From NCBI GenBank assembly GCA_937965785.1, contig CALCKT010000062.1:27893-91892 (forward strand): DNA of 64,000 bases, read 5' to 3'. The translations under genes were made by a program, and so were the position numbers. This DNA comes from an uncultured Propionibacteriaceae bacterium. GTDB lineage: Bacteria; Actinomycetota; Actinomycetes; Propionibacteriales; Propionibacteriaceae. Shown one piece after another: positions 46,023 to 55,729 of the stretch (its first letter is position 1; every line of letters starts with the position of its first letter). The notes under the pieces were generated by a model, which saw only the letters and a program-made list of their open reading frames with translations, did no database searches and had not been told where the DNA came from.

Positions 46023-48028
46023 TCCACGTCTCGGTCAGCAGCGGCTCCAACTCTGGGGACGGCTCTGCCACCAGTCCTTACAAAACGATTTCAACTGCCC
46101 TGACGAAGGCCTCCGACGGCGACACGATCGAGCTCGCCGAGGGCGTCTACCAGGAGGGTGAGCTGATGGTCACCAAATCGGTCACCATCACCGCCGCATC
46201 CGGGGCCAAGCCCGTGATCTCGGGCGCGAAGAGCCCCGACACGTGGAAGGACGCCGGCAACGGCACCTGGGCCACCGCCAACGATACGGTGCGGTTCTGC
46301 GACGTCTGCACCACCAACGCCGACCCGTCCGTCGAGGGCATGGCGGCCCATCCCGAACAGGTTTTCGTCGACGGCCAGCCCCTGACCCAGGTGGCGACGA
46401 GGGCCGAGGTCACCGCGTCCACCTTCTTCGTCGACGATCCCGACCCCGTGACCCTGAAGGATCCGAAGAACAACCGGGCCGGCTACAACGTCAAACCACA
46501 CACCGGAACCTCCTACGTAATCGGCGTCAACCCCGCCGAGCACAAGGTGGAGGTGGTCCAGCACTCGCGGGCCCTGACCGTCACGACGGACAGGGCCAGC
46601 CTCAAGAACCTCACGGTCGAGAAGTACGCGCCCGTGCAGGCCTGGGACTACAAGGACCCCCAGATCGGCACCCTGAGCGGTGGCGCCATGGTGCTGGCCG
46701 GCGGCCAGGGCCTCAGGGTCGAGAACTCGGCCTTCCGCTACGCATCGGCCGCCACCGCCTTGGCCATCACCGACGCCAAGGAGGCCACGATCAGCGGGAA
46801 CACCATCGAGAACAACGGGGCCGTCGGGTTCGGGATCAACCGGTCCAGCAACGTCAACGTCGAGAAGAACCGATGGACGTCGAACAACACGGCGGGCTTC
46901 AACACCACCTCCTGCGGCGCCTACTGCACCATCGGCGACACCAAGATCACGCACTCGGAGGGTATCCGCTACGCCTACAACACCGTCGACTACTCGAACG
47001 CCGGCACCGACGTCTCCAAGCCCGATACCTACAAGAATGACCAGCGGGCCGGGGTCTGGTTCGACGAGGGGGTCATAAACTCCCAGGTGATCGGCAACTA
47101 CTTCGTCAACGTGCCGGTGGCGATCTTCAACGAGGTCTCCTCCAAGAACATGATTGCCTCCAACATCATCGAGGGCGCGGGCATCGGCATTCACGTCTCC
47201 GGATCGGACAACACCCAGATCTGGAACAACACCATCTCGCATGCGCTGACCAGCATCGCGATCCGGGAGGACTCGCGTTCCAAGGGTTGCAACGCCCGCA
47301 AGGAGGACGGCAGCTGCGCGGCCGAGGAGAAATGGAGCATCGAACACGGATTGTCGTGGGACACCACCGGCACCGAGGTGTTCAACAACATCCTCTCCTC
47401 CGAGCAGTCCAGCGCGCTGGCCGACGACAAGTGGCGCTACTCGGCGACGCTGCAGGTCGTGGGTGGCAAGAACGACGACGGCTCCGGCGCCTTCTACGCC
47501 AACGAAATGGTCGCGGGCATCGACCACAACGCCTACTACCGGGCACCCGCGCAACCGGAGGTGCCGAACACCACAGTGATGTGGAACTGGGGACCGGACA
47601 GGTTGAAGGAATCCGTCAATGCGGAAACCCTCTCCGAGTTCACCAACAACGAACACGTGATGGTCTCCGATCGTGAGGCCAACGGCCTGGACCTGCGCGG
47701 CACCCGCGAGGAGAACCCGCTCTTCGTGAGGGAAGCGGCGGATCCGACGGCGTGGAAGACCTCCGACTTCCACCCGAAGCCCGGCGGTCCCGCGGTCGCT
47801 TCGGGCCGGCCGCTGCCTGAGAACGTCGCGAAGGCCCTCGGAAGGCAGGCCGGGGTGGCCGTGGACCGCGGCGCCCTGTTCAACGCGGCCTGGCAGGACG
47901 GCGAACCGTTGGCCCCGACGTCGTCGCCCACCCCAACCTCATCCGATACGCCGACGCCCAGCGACCCCCGCGGCGGCAAGATGAAACCGGGGCTCCCGAG
48001 GACCGGGATCCCGGCCCGGACCGCCTGA
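46019..48028 (+). CDS. Secreted right-handed parallel beta-helix (pectate-lyase-like) repeat protein, N-terminally frameshifted
   Basis: Repeated NNxxxG/Ixxxxxxx beta-helix rungs and a Pro/Thr/Ser-rich C-terminus. The signal peptide is in another frame. Confidence 0.65.
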   Translation: MIHVSVSSGSNSGDGSATSPYKTISTALTKASDGDTIELAEGVYQEGELMVTKSVTITAASGAKPVISGAKSPDTWKDAGNGTWATANDTVRFCDVCTTNADPSVEGMAAHPEQVFVDGQPLTQVATRAEVTASTFFVDDPDPVTLKDPKNNRAGYNVKPHTGTSYVIGVNPAEHKVEVVQHSRALTVTTDRASLKNLTVEKYAPVQAWDYKDPQIGTLSGGAMVLAGGQGLRVENSAFRYASAATALAITDAKEATISGNTIENNGAVGFGINRSSNVNVEKNRWTSNNTAGFNTTSCGAYCTIGDTKITHSEGIRYAYNTVDYSNAGTDVSKPDTYKNDQRAGVWFDEGVINSQVIGNYFVNVPVAIFNEVSSKNMIASNIIEGAGIGIHVSGSDNTQIWNNTISHALTSIAIREDSRSKGCNARKEDGSCAAEEKWSIEHGLSWDTTGTEVFNNILSSEQSSALADDKWRYSATLQVVGGKNDDGSGAFYANEMVAGIDHNAYYRAPAQPEVPNTTVMWNWGPDRLKESVNAETLSEFTNNEHVMVSDREANGLDLRGTREENPLFVREAADPTAWKTSDFHPKPGGPAVASGRPLPENVAKALGRQAGVAVDRGALFNAAWQDGEPLAPTSSPTPTSSDTPTPSDPRGGKMKPGLPRTGIPARTA

Positions 48029-48049
48029 CGACGGACGGGAAACAGCGGA

Positions 48050-48090
48050 AAACGGGTGCCGACCAAAGGTCGGCACCCGTTTCATCTGAT
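48050..48090. terminator. Bidirectional rho-independent terminator
   Basis: ACGGGTGCCGACC-aaa-GGTCGGCACCCGT flanked by A-run and T-run, between convergent genes. Confidence 0.75.
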
Positions 48091-48092
48091 CT

Positions 48093-48566
48093 TTAGAAAA
48101 GCGCAGCGACCAGCCAGGTGGCACCGATCAAATACAATGCGGCATAGACCAGGTGCAGCGGCAGGTTGAGTTTCGTGTAGAGGTCGATTTCTGGTTCCGT
48201 CAATTCTTTTCCGCTCGCCATTTTCTCCTCGACCTTCCCGAATCCCGTGACGACGTGTATCGTCAGGAAGATCGGGAGGATGGCCAGCGCGTAGACCTGC
48301 GCGGGCAGCGGATGGGTGGAGTGGTTCAGCAGCAGCGAGACTGCGGCGAACACCACTTGGAGTGCGAAACAGATTCGGTAGAGAGCCTTCGTGTTCGAGT
48401 CGGTGCGGAACGGCGCATAGCTTGCCTGGAGCTCCTTCACCCTGCCAGTTCTCAGCATGTAGGTGTAATAGGAGCCCAGCGTGATGACGTAGCTGGTCAG
48501 GTACCCGATCAGCACGGCACAGAGAATTGTGTTCGTCAGATACGTGAATTTTCCGATGAATTCCAC
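48093..48566 (-). CDS. Hypothetical small membrane protein (4 TM)
   Basis: Hydrophobic 157-aa protein with moderately reduced GC. Confidence 0.5.
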   Translation of the reverse strand: MEFIGKFTYLTNTILCAVLIGYLTSYVITLGSYYTYMLRTGRVKELQASYAPFRTDSNTKALYRICFALQVVFAAVSLLLNHSTHPLPAQVYALAILPIFLTIHVVTGFGKVEEKMASGKELTEPEIDLYTKLNLPLHLVYAALYLIGATWLVAALF

Positions 48567-48613
48567 GGCTTCATCCTAGGAGCTGTGTCAACAGGGTCCC
48601 GGGTCATTCCTCG

Positions 48614-49521
48614 TCATTCCTCGAAACCGAAGCGTTGCGCCAGGGCCGCGGCGTGGGCGAGCCAGTCGTCGCGGTCGGCCGGGTCGCAGTCCGCGTAGCT
48701 GCGGGCCGACAGGTGGGACAGGCGGGCCAGGCCCGGGTGCCCCGGCTGGATGGCCAGGGCGTCGCGGAAACTGGTGGCGGCCCTGCGCCACATCGCCCGG
48801 TGCTCGGGATGCTCGGGCGATATCAGCTCGCCCAGGCGTGCCGACGTGGTGCCCAGGTCCAGGCGGATCCGTCCGCTGTCGTCGCGGTAGTGCTCCGCCA
48901 GGAACTCGGTGATCTCCAGGGACTCCCGGTAGTGGGCGAGCGCCTGGGCGGGATCGGTGTCGCGCAGCATCCTGCTGACGTCGTTCAGGGCGACGGAGGT
49001 GTCCCGCTTGAGCTGCGGGTCGGCGGGGTGCTGTCCCGCGAGGTCCCGGGTGATCTCCAGGGCGCGCCGGTAGTGGGTCAGGGCCGTGGGCGGGTCGGTG
49101 GTGTGGAGGGCGTCGGCCAGCCTGGCGTTGGCCTCGGCCTCGGCCCGGGTGCCGGTGCCGGCCAGCTTGATGCAGGCGTCCAGCAGGATGGTCCTGAGCC
49201 GCGTGTCCTCGGGGGCGGCCAGCGCGACGCTCCGGAGGAACTGGGGAAGCTGCGTCACCAGACCGGGGTTCGAACCCAGCGGCCGGGACAGGACGCCCAG
49301 CAGCGCGTCGACCTCCCACGGCTCGGGGAAACCCGCCTGATCCTCCGCGACCTGCTCGGCGCGGTCGATGACGTAGGTCGATCGTCGCGTCCTCGTCGGT
49401 CAGCAGCGGGACGGCGGCCTCGGCGACCTCCTGGCCGAGCGTCCCCGTCGTCCCGGGAGGACCCGGGGGCGGTGGGCTCCAGCTCGTCGAGGACGGTTTT
49501 CAGGTCGAGCGGTGCTGGCAT
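48614..49521 (-). pseudogene. TPR-repeat protein disrupted by two single-base frameshifts
   Basis: The ATG at 49521 gives MPAPLDLKTVLDELEPTAPGSS. The protein-like sequence then continues in the +1 frame (LGQEVAEAAVPLLTDEDATID) and again in the TPR frame (YVIDRAEQVAEDQAGFPEPWEVDALLGVLS...) that ends at 48614. Confidence 0.55.
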
Positions 49522-49573
49522 GGTCGGCTCCTGTCCGTTTCACCGCCCAGTCTGGTCACTCAGAGTGCAGAAG

Positions 49574-49996
49574 TCACCCCTCGTGGGAGAGTTGGCCGCC
49601 GAAGCGTTTCTTGAGAGCGGGGCCGTCGCTGTCGGCGGATTTGAGCATGCCGATGGCGGCCCAGGTCAGCGTTTCCGCGGTCAGGTTCTTCACCATCAGG
49701 GTGTGCCGGAACTCCAGCACCAGGGAGCCGTTGAGGTCCTCGAGGTACAGGTGCCCGAGCGCGTAGGAGTTGTCGAAGGCGACGAACTTCAGCAGGTCGG
49801 GGGTGAGTCTGAGATCCCTCAGCACCGGGATCTCGATGGTGACGAACGAGGCGTTGTCCTCGGTGTTGACCCAGATGAAGGCCCGCGCTGACCCGTAACG
49901 CAGGGTGAAGGTGTTCTCGTCGGCCTTCTGCAGGTTGCTGTCGATCTTGAGCAGCAGGTTCTGCACCTTGAAGAGGGCTGCGGGGTCGGGCTTCAT
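49574..49996 (-). CDS. YbjN-like (T3SS chaperone-like) domain protein
   Basis: YbjN-family pattern (FIWVNTEDNASFVTIEIPVL.., YALGHLYLED). The start is the ATG at 49996. Confidence 0.55.
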   Translation of the reverse strand: MKPDPAALFKVQNLLLKIDSNLQKADENTFTLRYGSARAFIWVNTEDNASFVTIEIPVLRDLRLTPDLLKFVAFDNSYALGHLYLEDLNGSLVLEFRHTLMVKNLTAETLTWAAIGMLKSADSDGPALKKRFGGQLSHEG

Positions 49997-50143
49997 GGTG
50001 ATCCTTCGTGGTCGTGTGCCGGGCTGTCTTGGAACGATTGGAGTCGTAGTCAACATACTTGCCGACCGGCGATCCCGGCATCCCGGGCCGGGATGTTTCG
50101 CGATCGCCCGGTCGTAGTCGCTGCTTCCGTCGCTTCTCCCCGC

Positions 50144-50227
50144 GGTTCGCTTGCCTTGTGGTCGTGTGCTTGCGCTGTAGCGCTGGCGTTTGTCCGTAAG
50201 GCAGGCGTTTCCGTCGGGAAGGCCTGC
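50144..50227 (+). repeat. Structured intergenic repeat, family 2, copy 4 (long variant)
   Basis: ggttcgcttgccttgtggtcgtgtgcttgcgctgtagcgctggcgtttgtccgtaaggcaggcgtttccgtcgggaaggcctgc. Confidence 0.7.
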
Positions 50228-50331
50228 ATATTCATCGGGAAAGGGTCGGAGGAAGGCGCGAACCTACGAGAATCCTGCTGCAAAACTACGAAAAATCACC
50301 TGCGAACCTACGAACCGAGTAGGTTTGGGGT

Positions 50332-51582
50332 ATGTCTGGTCTGGTCGAACGACATGCGTTGCCGGTTGGGCGGGAGTACTTGGCCGCCTTCCCCGTGACG
50401 GTCATCGAAGGTGCCCGGCAGGTGGGGAAGACCACCTTGGCGCAGCAGCTCGTCGCGGGCACCGAGGCGACCTACGTAACCTTGGACGACGAGGAGCAGC
50501 TGGCAACCGCACGCGACGACCCCAGGGGCTTCCTGACGCAGGGCGGGGAGGGCACGCTCGTCATCGACGAGGCCCAGCTGGCGCCCGAGCTGACCCGGGC
50601 GCTGAAGGCCGACGTCGATCGCGACCGCCGCCCGGGCCGGTTCATCCTGACCGGCTCCTCCGATCTGCTGCGGATGCCCGGGCTGGGGGATTCACTGGCG
50701 GGCCGGGCGGTCACGTTGCGGCTGCGGGGTTTCAGTGTGGGGGAGGCCGAGAATCGGTATGACGACTTCTTCACGGCGCTGCCCGCCCTGTCCGATGCCC
50801 GCCGCTGGGAGACGACCTGGACCCGCACCGACTACGTGCGGGCCCTGGCCAAGGGTGGCTTCCCAGAGGTGCGGCTCCTGAACGGGAGAACCCGGAACGC
50901 GTGGCTTGACGGCTACGTCGCCCGGGTGCTGAACCGGGATGCGGTGCTGTTGCAGTCGGGGCATCAGTCGGCGCGACTGCAATCGTTGATCCGGTTGATC
51001 GCGGCCAACCAAGCAGGCGAGCTGGTCAAAGCGCGGTTGGCCGAACAGGCGAACCTTCCCGCCACCTCCATCACCGCCTATCTCGACGTGCTGGCGGGGG
51101 TGTTCGCGCTGGAGGAACTACCGCCGTGGTCGCAGAACCTGACCAGCCGGGAAACGGGACGCCGGAAGGTCGCGGTCAGCGATTCCGCTCTGGCCCTGCG
51201 CTTGGCCTGGTTGACCGAGGCGCGGCTTCTACCCGTCACCGCCGAGGCCCTGGGTGGTCCCTTCGAGGCGTTCGTCGCCACCGAACTGTTGAAGCAGCAG
51301 ACCTGGAGCGAGCAGGAGTTCCGCCTCTTCCACTACCGCGACCGCGGCGGCGTGGAGGTGGATGTCGTCGCCGAGTTCGACGACGGCACCGTCGTGGGCA
51401 TCGAGGTCAAGACCTCCGGCACCTACCGCTCGGAGCATTTCAAGGGCCTGCGGTTCCTGCGCGACAGGCTGGGGGACCGGTTCCGCTGCGGGGTGGTGCT
51501 GGGCATGGCCGATCGAGGGCACGTCATGTCAGACCGGCTCGTCGGGTTGCCCGCCTCCGCCGTGTGGGAACTGGGAGGCTGA
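50332..51582 (+). CDS. COG1373 ATPase (AAA domain + DUF4143)
   Basis: Walker A GARQVGKTT and Walker B LVIDEAQ. It is a paralog of 42547-43806. Confidence 0.7.
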   Translation: MSGLVERHALPVGREYLAAFPVTVIEGARQVGKTTLAQQLVAGTEATYVTLDDEEQLATARDDPRGFLTQGGEGTLVIDEAQLAPELTRALKADVDRDRRPGRFILTGSSDLLRMPGLGDSLAGRAVTLRLRGFSVGEAENRYDDFFTALPALSDARRWETTWTRTDYVRALAKGGFPEVRLLNGRTRNAWLDGYVARVLNRDAVLLQSGHQSARLQSLIRLIAANQAGELVKARLAEQANLPATSITAYLDVLAGVFALEELPPWSQNLTSRETGRRKVAVSDSALALRLAWLTEARLLPVTAEALGGPFEAFVATELLKQQTWSEQEFRLFHYRDRGGVEVDVVAEFDDGTVVGIEVKTSGTYRSEHFKGLRFLRDRLGDRFRCGVVLGMADRGHVMSDRLVGLPASAVWELGG

Positions 51583-51617
51583 GCGGGATCCGCCGGCCAG
51601 TGCCCGCGCCGGATCCC

Positions 51618-53162
51618 CTACAGGATCACCACCCTGCGACCCGCCGGGGCCGCTGGTACGTTCGAGGCGACGTGGCGCGCCGCCGGGACGCATCGGCTGC
51701 TGCCCCAGGACCGGATCGCCGATAGATCCTCCGGGTTGGTCTGGGAGAACGGCACCACGTTGGTGAAGAACTTCTTGATCTCCGGTTCCGGCGGCAGTCC
51801 GGGCAGCCGGTCGACGTAGACCTTGGTGGCGATGTCGTGGATCACCGCGTCGATGTCCGAACCCGAGAACCCGTCCGTCAGGGTCACCAGGTCGGTCAGC
51901 AGTTCCTGTGACGGCTCCGCCCCGAGGTATTTGCGGAAGTACAGGCCGATGATCTCCTCCCTGTCCGGCGCCTCCGGCAGGTCGACGAAGAACAGCTCGT
52001 CGAAGCGTCCCTTCCGCAGCAGCTCCGGCGGCAGGGTCGACACGTCGTTGGCGGTGGCCACCATGAACACCTTCGCCGTCAGCTCCTGCATCCAGAACAG
52101 GAACTGCCCGATCAGGCGACGGGTGGTGCCGCCGTCGGAGCCCTGCGCCAGGCCCTTCTCGATCTCGTCGATCCACAGCACGCACGGTGCGACGCGCTCC
52201 GCGGTCGCGAGGGCCTCCCGCAGTCTTCCCTCCGACTGCCCCACGTACATGCCCAGCACGGAGGCCATGTCCAGGCGGTACAGCGGCAGCCCCCACTGCG
52301 AGGCGATGGCCTTCGCCGACAGCGACTTGCCGCACCCCGGCACCCCCACCAGCAGCACCCCTTTCGGCGGGTGCAGCGGGGTGTCCGTCAGGTCTGCCTT
52401 CATCAGCTGTTCCCGCGGCCGCAGCCAGTCCTTCAGGTTCCCCAGCCCGCCGACGGTGAAGTTCTCCCGCAGGGGGATGCGCTCGATGCCGCTCAGGTCC
52501 CCGAAGATCCGGTCCTTGAAGAAGCTGAGCTCCGCGAGGTCCTCGTTCCGCACCATCCCTTTGGCGACGAGGCTCGCCACCACGTTGATGGCCTCCATCT
52601 CCGTGATACCTGCGAGGATCTCGGCGGCGCGCGTGACCTCCGTGTCCTGCCACTCGATCTGCACCACCTGCCGGTGGTCGTCGATCATTCCCGCCACCAC
52701 CAGGCGCATCTCGTCCTTGTTCGGCAGCTCCAGGGCGACGCTCATGCCCAGCCGGGACAGCCCCGTCCACACCGGGGACGAGGAGATCAGGATGATGGTG
52801 CCCTGCCGCGACTCGGCCAGCCGCACCAGTTCCGCGAAGTAGCGTGACATGGAGCTCTCCTGGTCCAGGTCCTCCACGTCGGTGAAGATGAAGTTCGCGT
52901 TGGCGCGCGACTTGAACGTGGAACGCGCCTGCTCCATCGCCAGCGCCAGCGACGTGTCCTCACTGTGAAGCTGCCGGGTCAGCAGTTCCCTGATGCCGTC
53001 GCTCAGCGAGTGTTCGAAGAACGTCAGGGCGCGCATGTTGTTGGCGCACTCGGTGATCAGCGACATCACCCGCGTGGGTTCTATCGACTGGATAACGATC
53101 AACGGCACCCGGGCGCTCAGGTAGCGCTGCACGAGGTTCTGGGTCTCCAAGAAGTTGGGCAT
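51618..53162 (-). CDS. AAA+ ATPase (classic-clade C-terminal AAA module behind a degenerate AAA-like N-domain)
   Basis: Walker A GVPGCGKS, Walker B VLWIDEIE and SRH ATANDVSTLPPELLRKGRFDE. The N-terminal 260 aa look like an inactive AAA repeat. The start is the ATG at 53162. Confidence 0.75.
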   Translation of the reverse strand: MPNFLETQNLVQRYLSARVPLIVIQSIEPTRVMSLITECANNMRALTFFEHSLSDGIRELLTRQLHSEDTSLALAMEQARSTFKSRANANFIFTDVEDLDQESSMSRYFAELVRLAESRQGTIILISSSPVWTGLSRLGMSVALELPNKDEMRLVVAGMIDDHRQVVQIEWQDTEVTRAAEILAGITEMEAINVVASLVAKGMVRNEDLAELSFFKDRIFGDLSGIERIPLRENFTVGGLGNLKDWLRPREQLMKADLTDTPLHPPKGVLLVGVPGCGKSLSAKAIASQWGLPLYRLDMASVLGMYVGQSEGRLREALATAERVAPCVLWIDEIEKGLAQGSDGGTTRRLIGQFLFWMQELTAKVFMVATANDVSTLPPELLRKGRFDELFFVDLPEAPDREEIIGLYFRKYLGAEPSQELLTDLVTLTDGFSGSDIDAVIHDIATKVYVDRLPGLPPEPEIKKFFTNVVPFSQTNPEDLSAIRSWGSSRCVPAARHVASNVPAAPAGRRVVIL

Positions 53163-53170
53163 GGTTCCTT

Positions 53171-53734
53171 TCAGAGGATGCGGCGATGCGACCAGCGGTT
53201 CGCGGGACGGGTGGGAGGGGCGGGAGGTGCAGGCGGGGACGCGGCGGGTGGCGGGTCGGCGGCGAGCACGGCGGTGATCGGGTTCTGTTTCACCACCAGC
53301 AGCCGCGCCCCCCAGAACGTGGCCTGCCCCGGTTCCTGCGCCGCCATGTCGCGCATCTGCTGTTCGAGTTCCCCCTGCATGCGGGTGACATCCCGGGTGC
53401 ACCCGTCGTCCAGGACCTTGCGGAGCGCCTCCGGGAGTCCCGGATGCCGGGCCAGTTCGACGCGCCGGCGCAGGTATCGCCGGGATCCCGCCAGGGCCCG
53501 GGCCAGCTCGAAATCCGTCCGCGCCTCCTGTGTCGTCCTGCTCAGGTTCTCCTGCCAGGCGTCGGTGACCGCCTGGATGGCCTCGGTGATGTGGTCAACC
53601 AGCCTGGAGAAGGCCTCGGGCGACAGGTCCTCCTCGCTCAGGGCGGGCAACCCGGTCAGGTCCTGCTGCGGGTTGGTGCGCCAGTCCCGCAGGGTCAGCA
53701 CCCAGGTTTCGTAGTCGGAGCGTCCCGGGATCAT
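53171..53734 (-). CDS. Hypothetical protein (187 aa, Pro/Ala-rich C-terminus)
   Basis: Tightly packed (4-bp overlap, 8-bp gap) in the AAA+ operon. No family. Confidence 0.5.
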   Translation of the reverse strand: MIPGRSDYETWVLTLRDWRTNPQQDLTGLPALSEEDLSPEAFSRLVDHITEAIQAVTDAWQENLSRTTQEARTDFELARALAGSRRYLRRRVELARHPGLPEALRKVLDDGCTRDVTRMQGELEQQMRDMAAQEPGQATFWGARLLVVKQNPITAVLAADPPPAASPPAPPAPPTRPANRWSHRRIL

Positions 53735-53979
53735 TCCGATCCCCGGGTGACGAACAGCTCACCGGGCGGCAGCGGCTCCCACTCGGGCAGGTCGCCGGCT
53801 ATGAGCCGTTCCCGGCCGGTGAGGGTCCTGCCCTTGTCGCGGCCGGGCCGCAGCACGTTGCGCTGCACCAGCGGGGCCTCCGGGGGCGGGGTGTCGCCGC
53901 GTGGCACGAAACGCGACGCGGCCGGGCGGCGGACGACGGCGGGGGTTTCGGGCGGGATCGGGGTCGTCGGTTCGGACAT
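53731..53979 (-). CDS. Hypothetical small Pro-rich protein (82 aa)
   Basis: Overlaps its neighbours by 4 bp at the 3' end and lies 1 bp from the upstream gene. Confidence 0.4.
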   Translation of the reverse strand: MSEPTTPIPPETPAVVRRPAASRFVPRGDTPPPEAPLVQRNVLRPGRDKGRTLTGRERLIAGDLPEWEPLPPGELFVTRGSE

Positions 53980-53980
53980 G

Positions 53981-55714
53981 TCAGTTCTCCTTGATGGTGG
54001 TGGGCCAGCCGTCGATCAGCTCCAGCAGGGGGGTCTCGAAGGCGTCCAGTTCCTTGTAGGTCAGGTTCGCGTCGGTGAGTTCGGCCATGGCGTTGCGGTA
54101 GAGCTGGACGGAGTGGTCGTAGGCCTCCTGCCTGGCGTGCTCCAGCGCCTTGACCTCCTGGGCGGCGGCTTTCTTCTTCTGCTCACCCAGGTACCAGACG
54201 ACCCCCGCGCCGATGAGCGCCGCGAGGATCCCCGCGATCGGGTTGATGACGAGAAGCACGACCGCGATACCGGCGGCGATCAGGGCGGGTTGCAGGTAGT
54301 ACTTGTTGTTGAAACGGGCCCGTTCGATCTGCGGGTTCATGGTGTTGCCCCAGGCCTCCCGCAGGAGCCCCTCAGCGGCCTGCTGACCGGAGTTGACGTG
54401 AACCTTCGCGCCGACGAAACCGTGGACGGCGGCGTGGTTGGAGTGTTTCGCGTCGAAATCGAGGACGATGTCGGTTTCCTCCTTCGCCCGGTAGCCGCTG
54501 CAGTAGCGGCCGACCGCGGTGCGGAAGTCGTCCCGGGCCACGCCGATCGCCATCTTCTGGGTGTTGACGCTGATGCCGAGCAGTTCGGGGCTGATCGCGC
54601 CCATGGTCTGGATGGTCACCACGTCGTTGGTTTCCTCCAGCGCCTCCTGCAGCAGCTCCGCCTTCTTCTCCGCCCGGTTCAGGTCCCCCCGTTCCTCGAT
54701 CACGGCCTCGTGGTAGGTGACCTCGCGTCTGAGGGGCAGTTCCTCGGCGTCGAACTCCGTCACCAGCGTGTCAAGGATGTCGTCGAGGAGGTCCTCCAGG
54801 GATGTGGGCGGCGGTGCCTCGTGGTCGCGTACCTGCCGGTACTTCGCCAGCACCTCGGGCAGCGCCGAGGCCGCCTCCATGTTTCCCCGGATGGTGTTCC
54901 ACTGGGTGCACAGGTGTCGCAGGGTCTGGTACTCGTTGCCGCCGAGCTGGAGCTGGTGGGATGCCAGCTCGGAGGTCCAGCGCCCGACCTGTTCCTCGAC
55001 GGCCTCCGGGTGCTGCCGGAGCTGCCCGGACCACTCGGACAATTTCGCGGAGAGCAGTTCGTTGCCCTCCGGGCCGAAGGCGTTGCAGGAGCTGGCCTCG
55101 AGGATGACCGCGAACTCCCGGGTCAGCGCCGACGGGTCGAGCGAGGCCACGTAGTGGCGCAGCCAGCGCACCGAACCGGACATGCGTCCTTGGCGGCGCA
55201 GCACCAGGGTGAAGAACAGGCTGGTCTTGTGGCGGTCGCGGGAGAAGGCCTCCCGGACCGACTTCTCGGCGATGTCCTGGCGGTCGTGGGACCAGGCCGC
55301 CAGGGCCACCAGGGCCGGGGCCAGCCAGTAGCGGGGGGTCTGGATCATCAGCTCCTCGGCGACGTTGGTCGCCACGGCGTTGGAGATGTTGCCCACGTCG
55401 AAGCCCTGCAACAGGCCGACGGATGTGCGGCGGACCACGGAGTAGTGCCCGAACTCCCGGTCCAGCTGTGCCTTGAGATCCACGACCTTCACCTGCGACT
55501 GCTGCACCGCGGCGACGCGGGCGGCCTCCTCGACGAATTGCCGGAACTCCTCTCGGAGTCCGGCCAGCTCCGTGCGGGTCAGCTGCAGGTCGTTGCGGAC
55601 GGTGCCGAGATTTGCCTGGACACCGTCTATCTGGTTTCCGAGGTTGTTTATGATCTCGCGTCCCACTTCGTCGATCTGCCGGGACAGGGGGGTCAGGTCG
55701 ATGGATGTTGACAT
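53981..55714 (-). CDS. Hypothetical 577-aa coiled-coil protein with C-terminal TM helix
   Basis: Long N-terminal heptad-rich region and a TM segment YLQPALIAAGIAVVLLVINPIAGILAALIGAGVVWYL near the C-terminus. Confidence 0.55.
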   Translation of the reverse strand: MSTSIDLTPLSRQIDEVGREIINNLGNQIDGVQANLGTVRNDLQLTRTELAGLREEFRQFVEEAARVAAVQQSQVKVVDLKAQLDREFGHYSVVRRTSVGLLQGFDVGNISNAVATNVAEELMIQTPRYWLAPALVALAAWSHDRQDIAEKSVREAFSRDRHKTSLFFTLVLRRQGRMSGSVRWLRHYVASLDPSALTREFAVILEASSCNAFGPEGNELLSAKLSEWSGQLRQHPEAVEEQVGRWTSELASHQLQLGGNEYQTLRHLCTQWNTIRGNMEAASALPEVLAKYRQVRDHEAPPPTSLEDLLDDILDTLVTEFDAEELPLRREVTYHEAVIEERGDLNRAEKKAELLQEALEETNDVVTIQTMGAISPELLGISVNTQKMAIGVARDDFRTAVGRYCSGYRAKEETDIVLDFDAKHSNHAAVHGFVGAKVHVNSGQQAAEGLLREAWGNTMNPQIERARFNNKYYLQPALIAAGIAVVLLVINPIAGILAALIGAGVVWYLGEQKKKAAAQEVKALEHARQEAYDHSVQLYRNAMAELTDANLTYKELDAFETPLLELIDGWPTTIKEN

Positions 55715-55729
55715 GGTTCTCCTGTGTTC

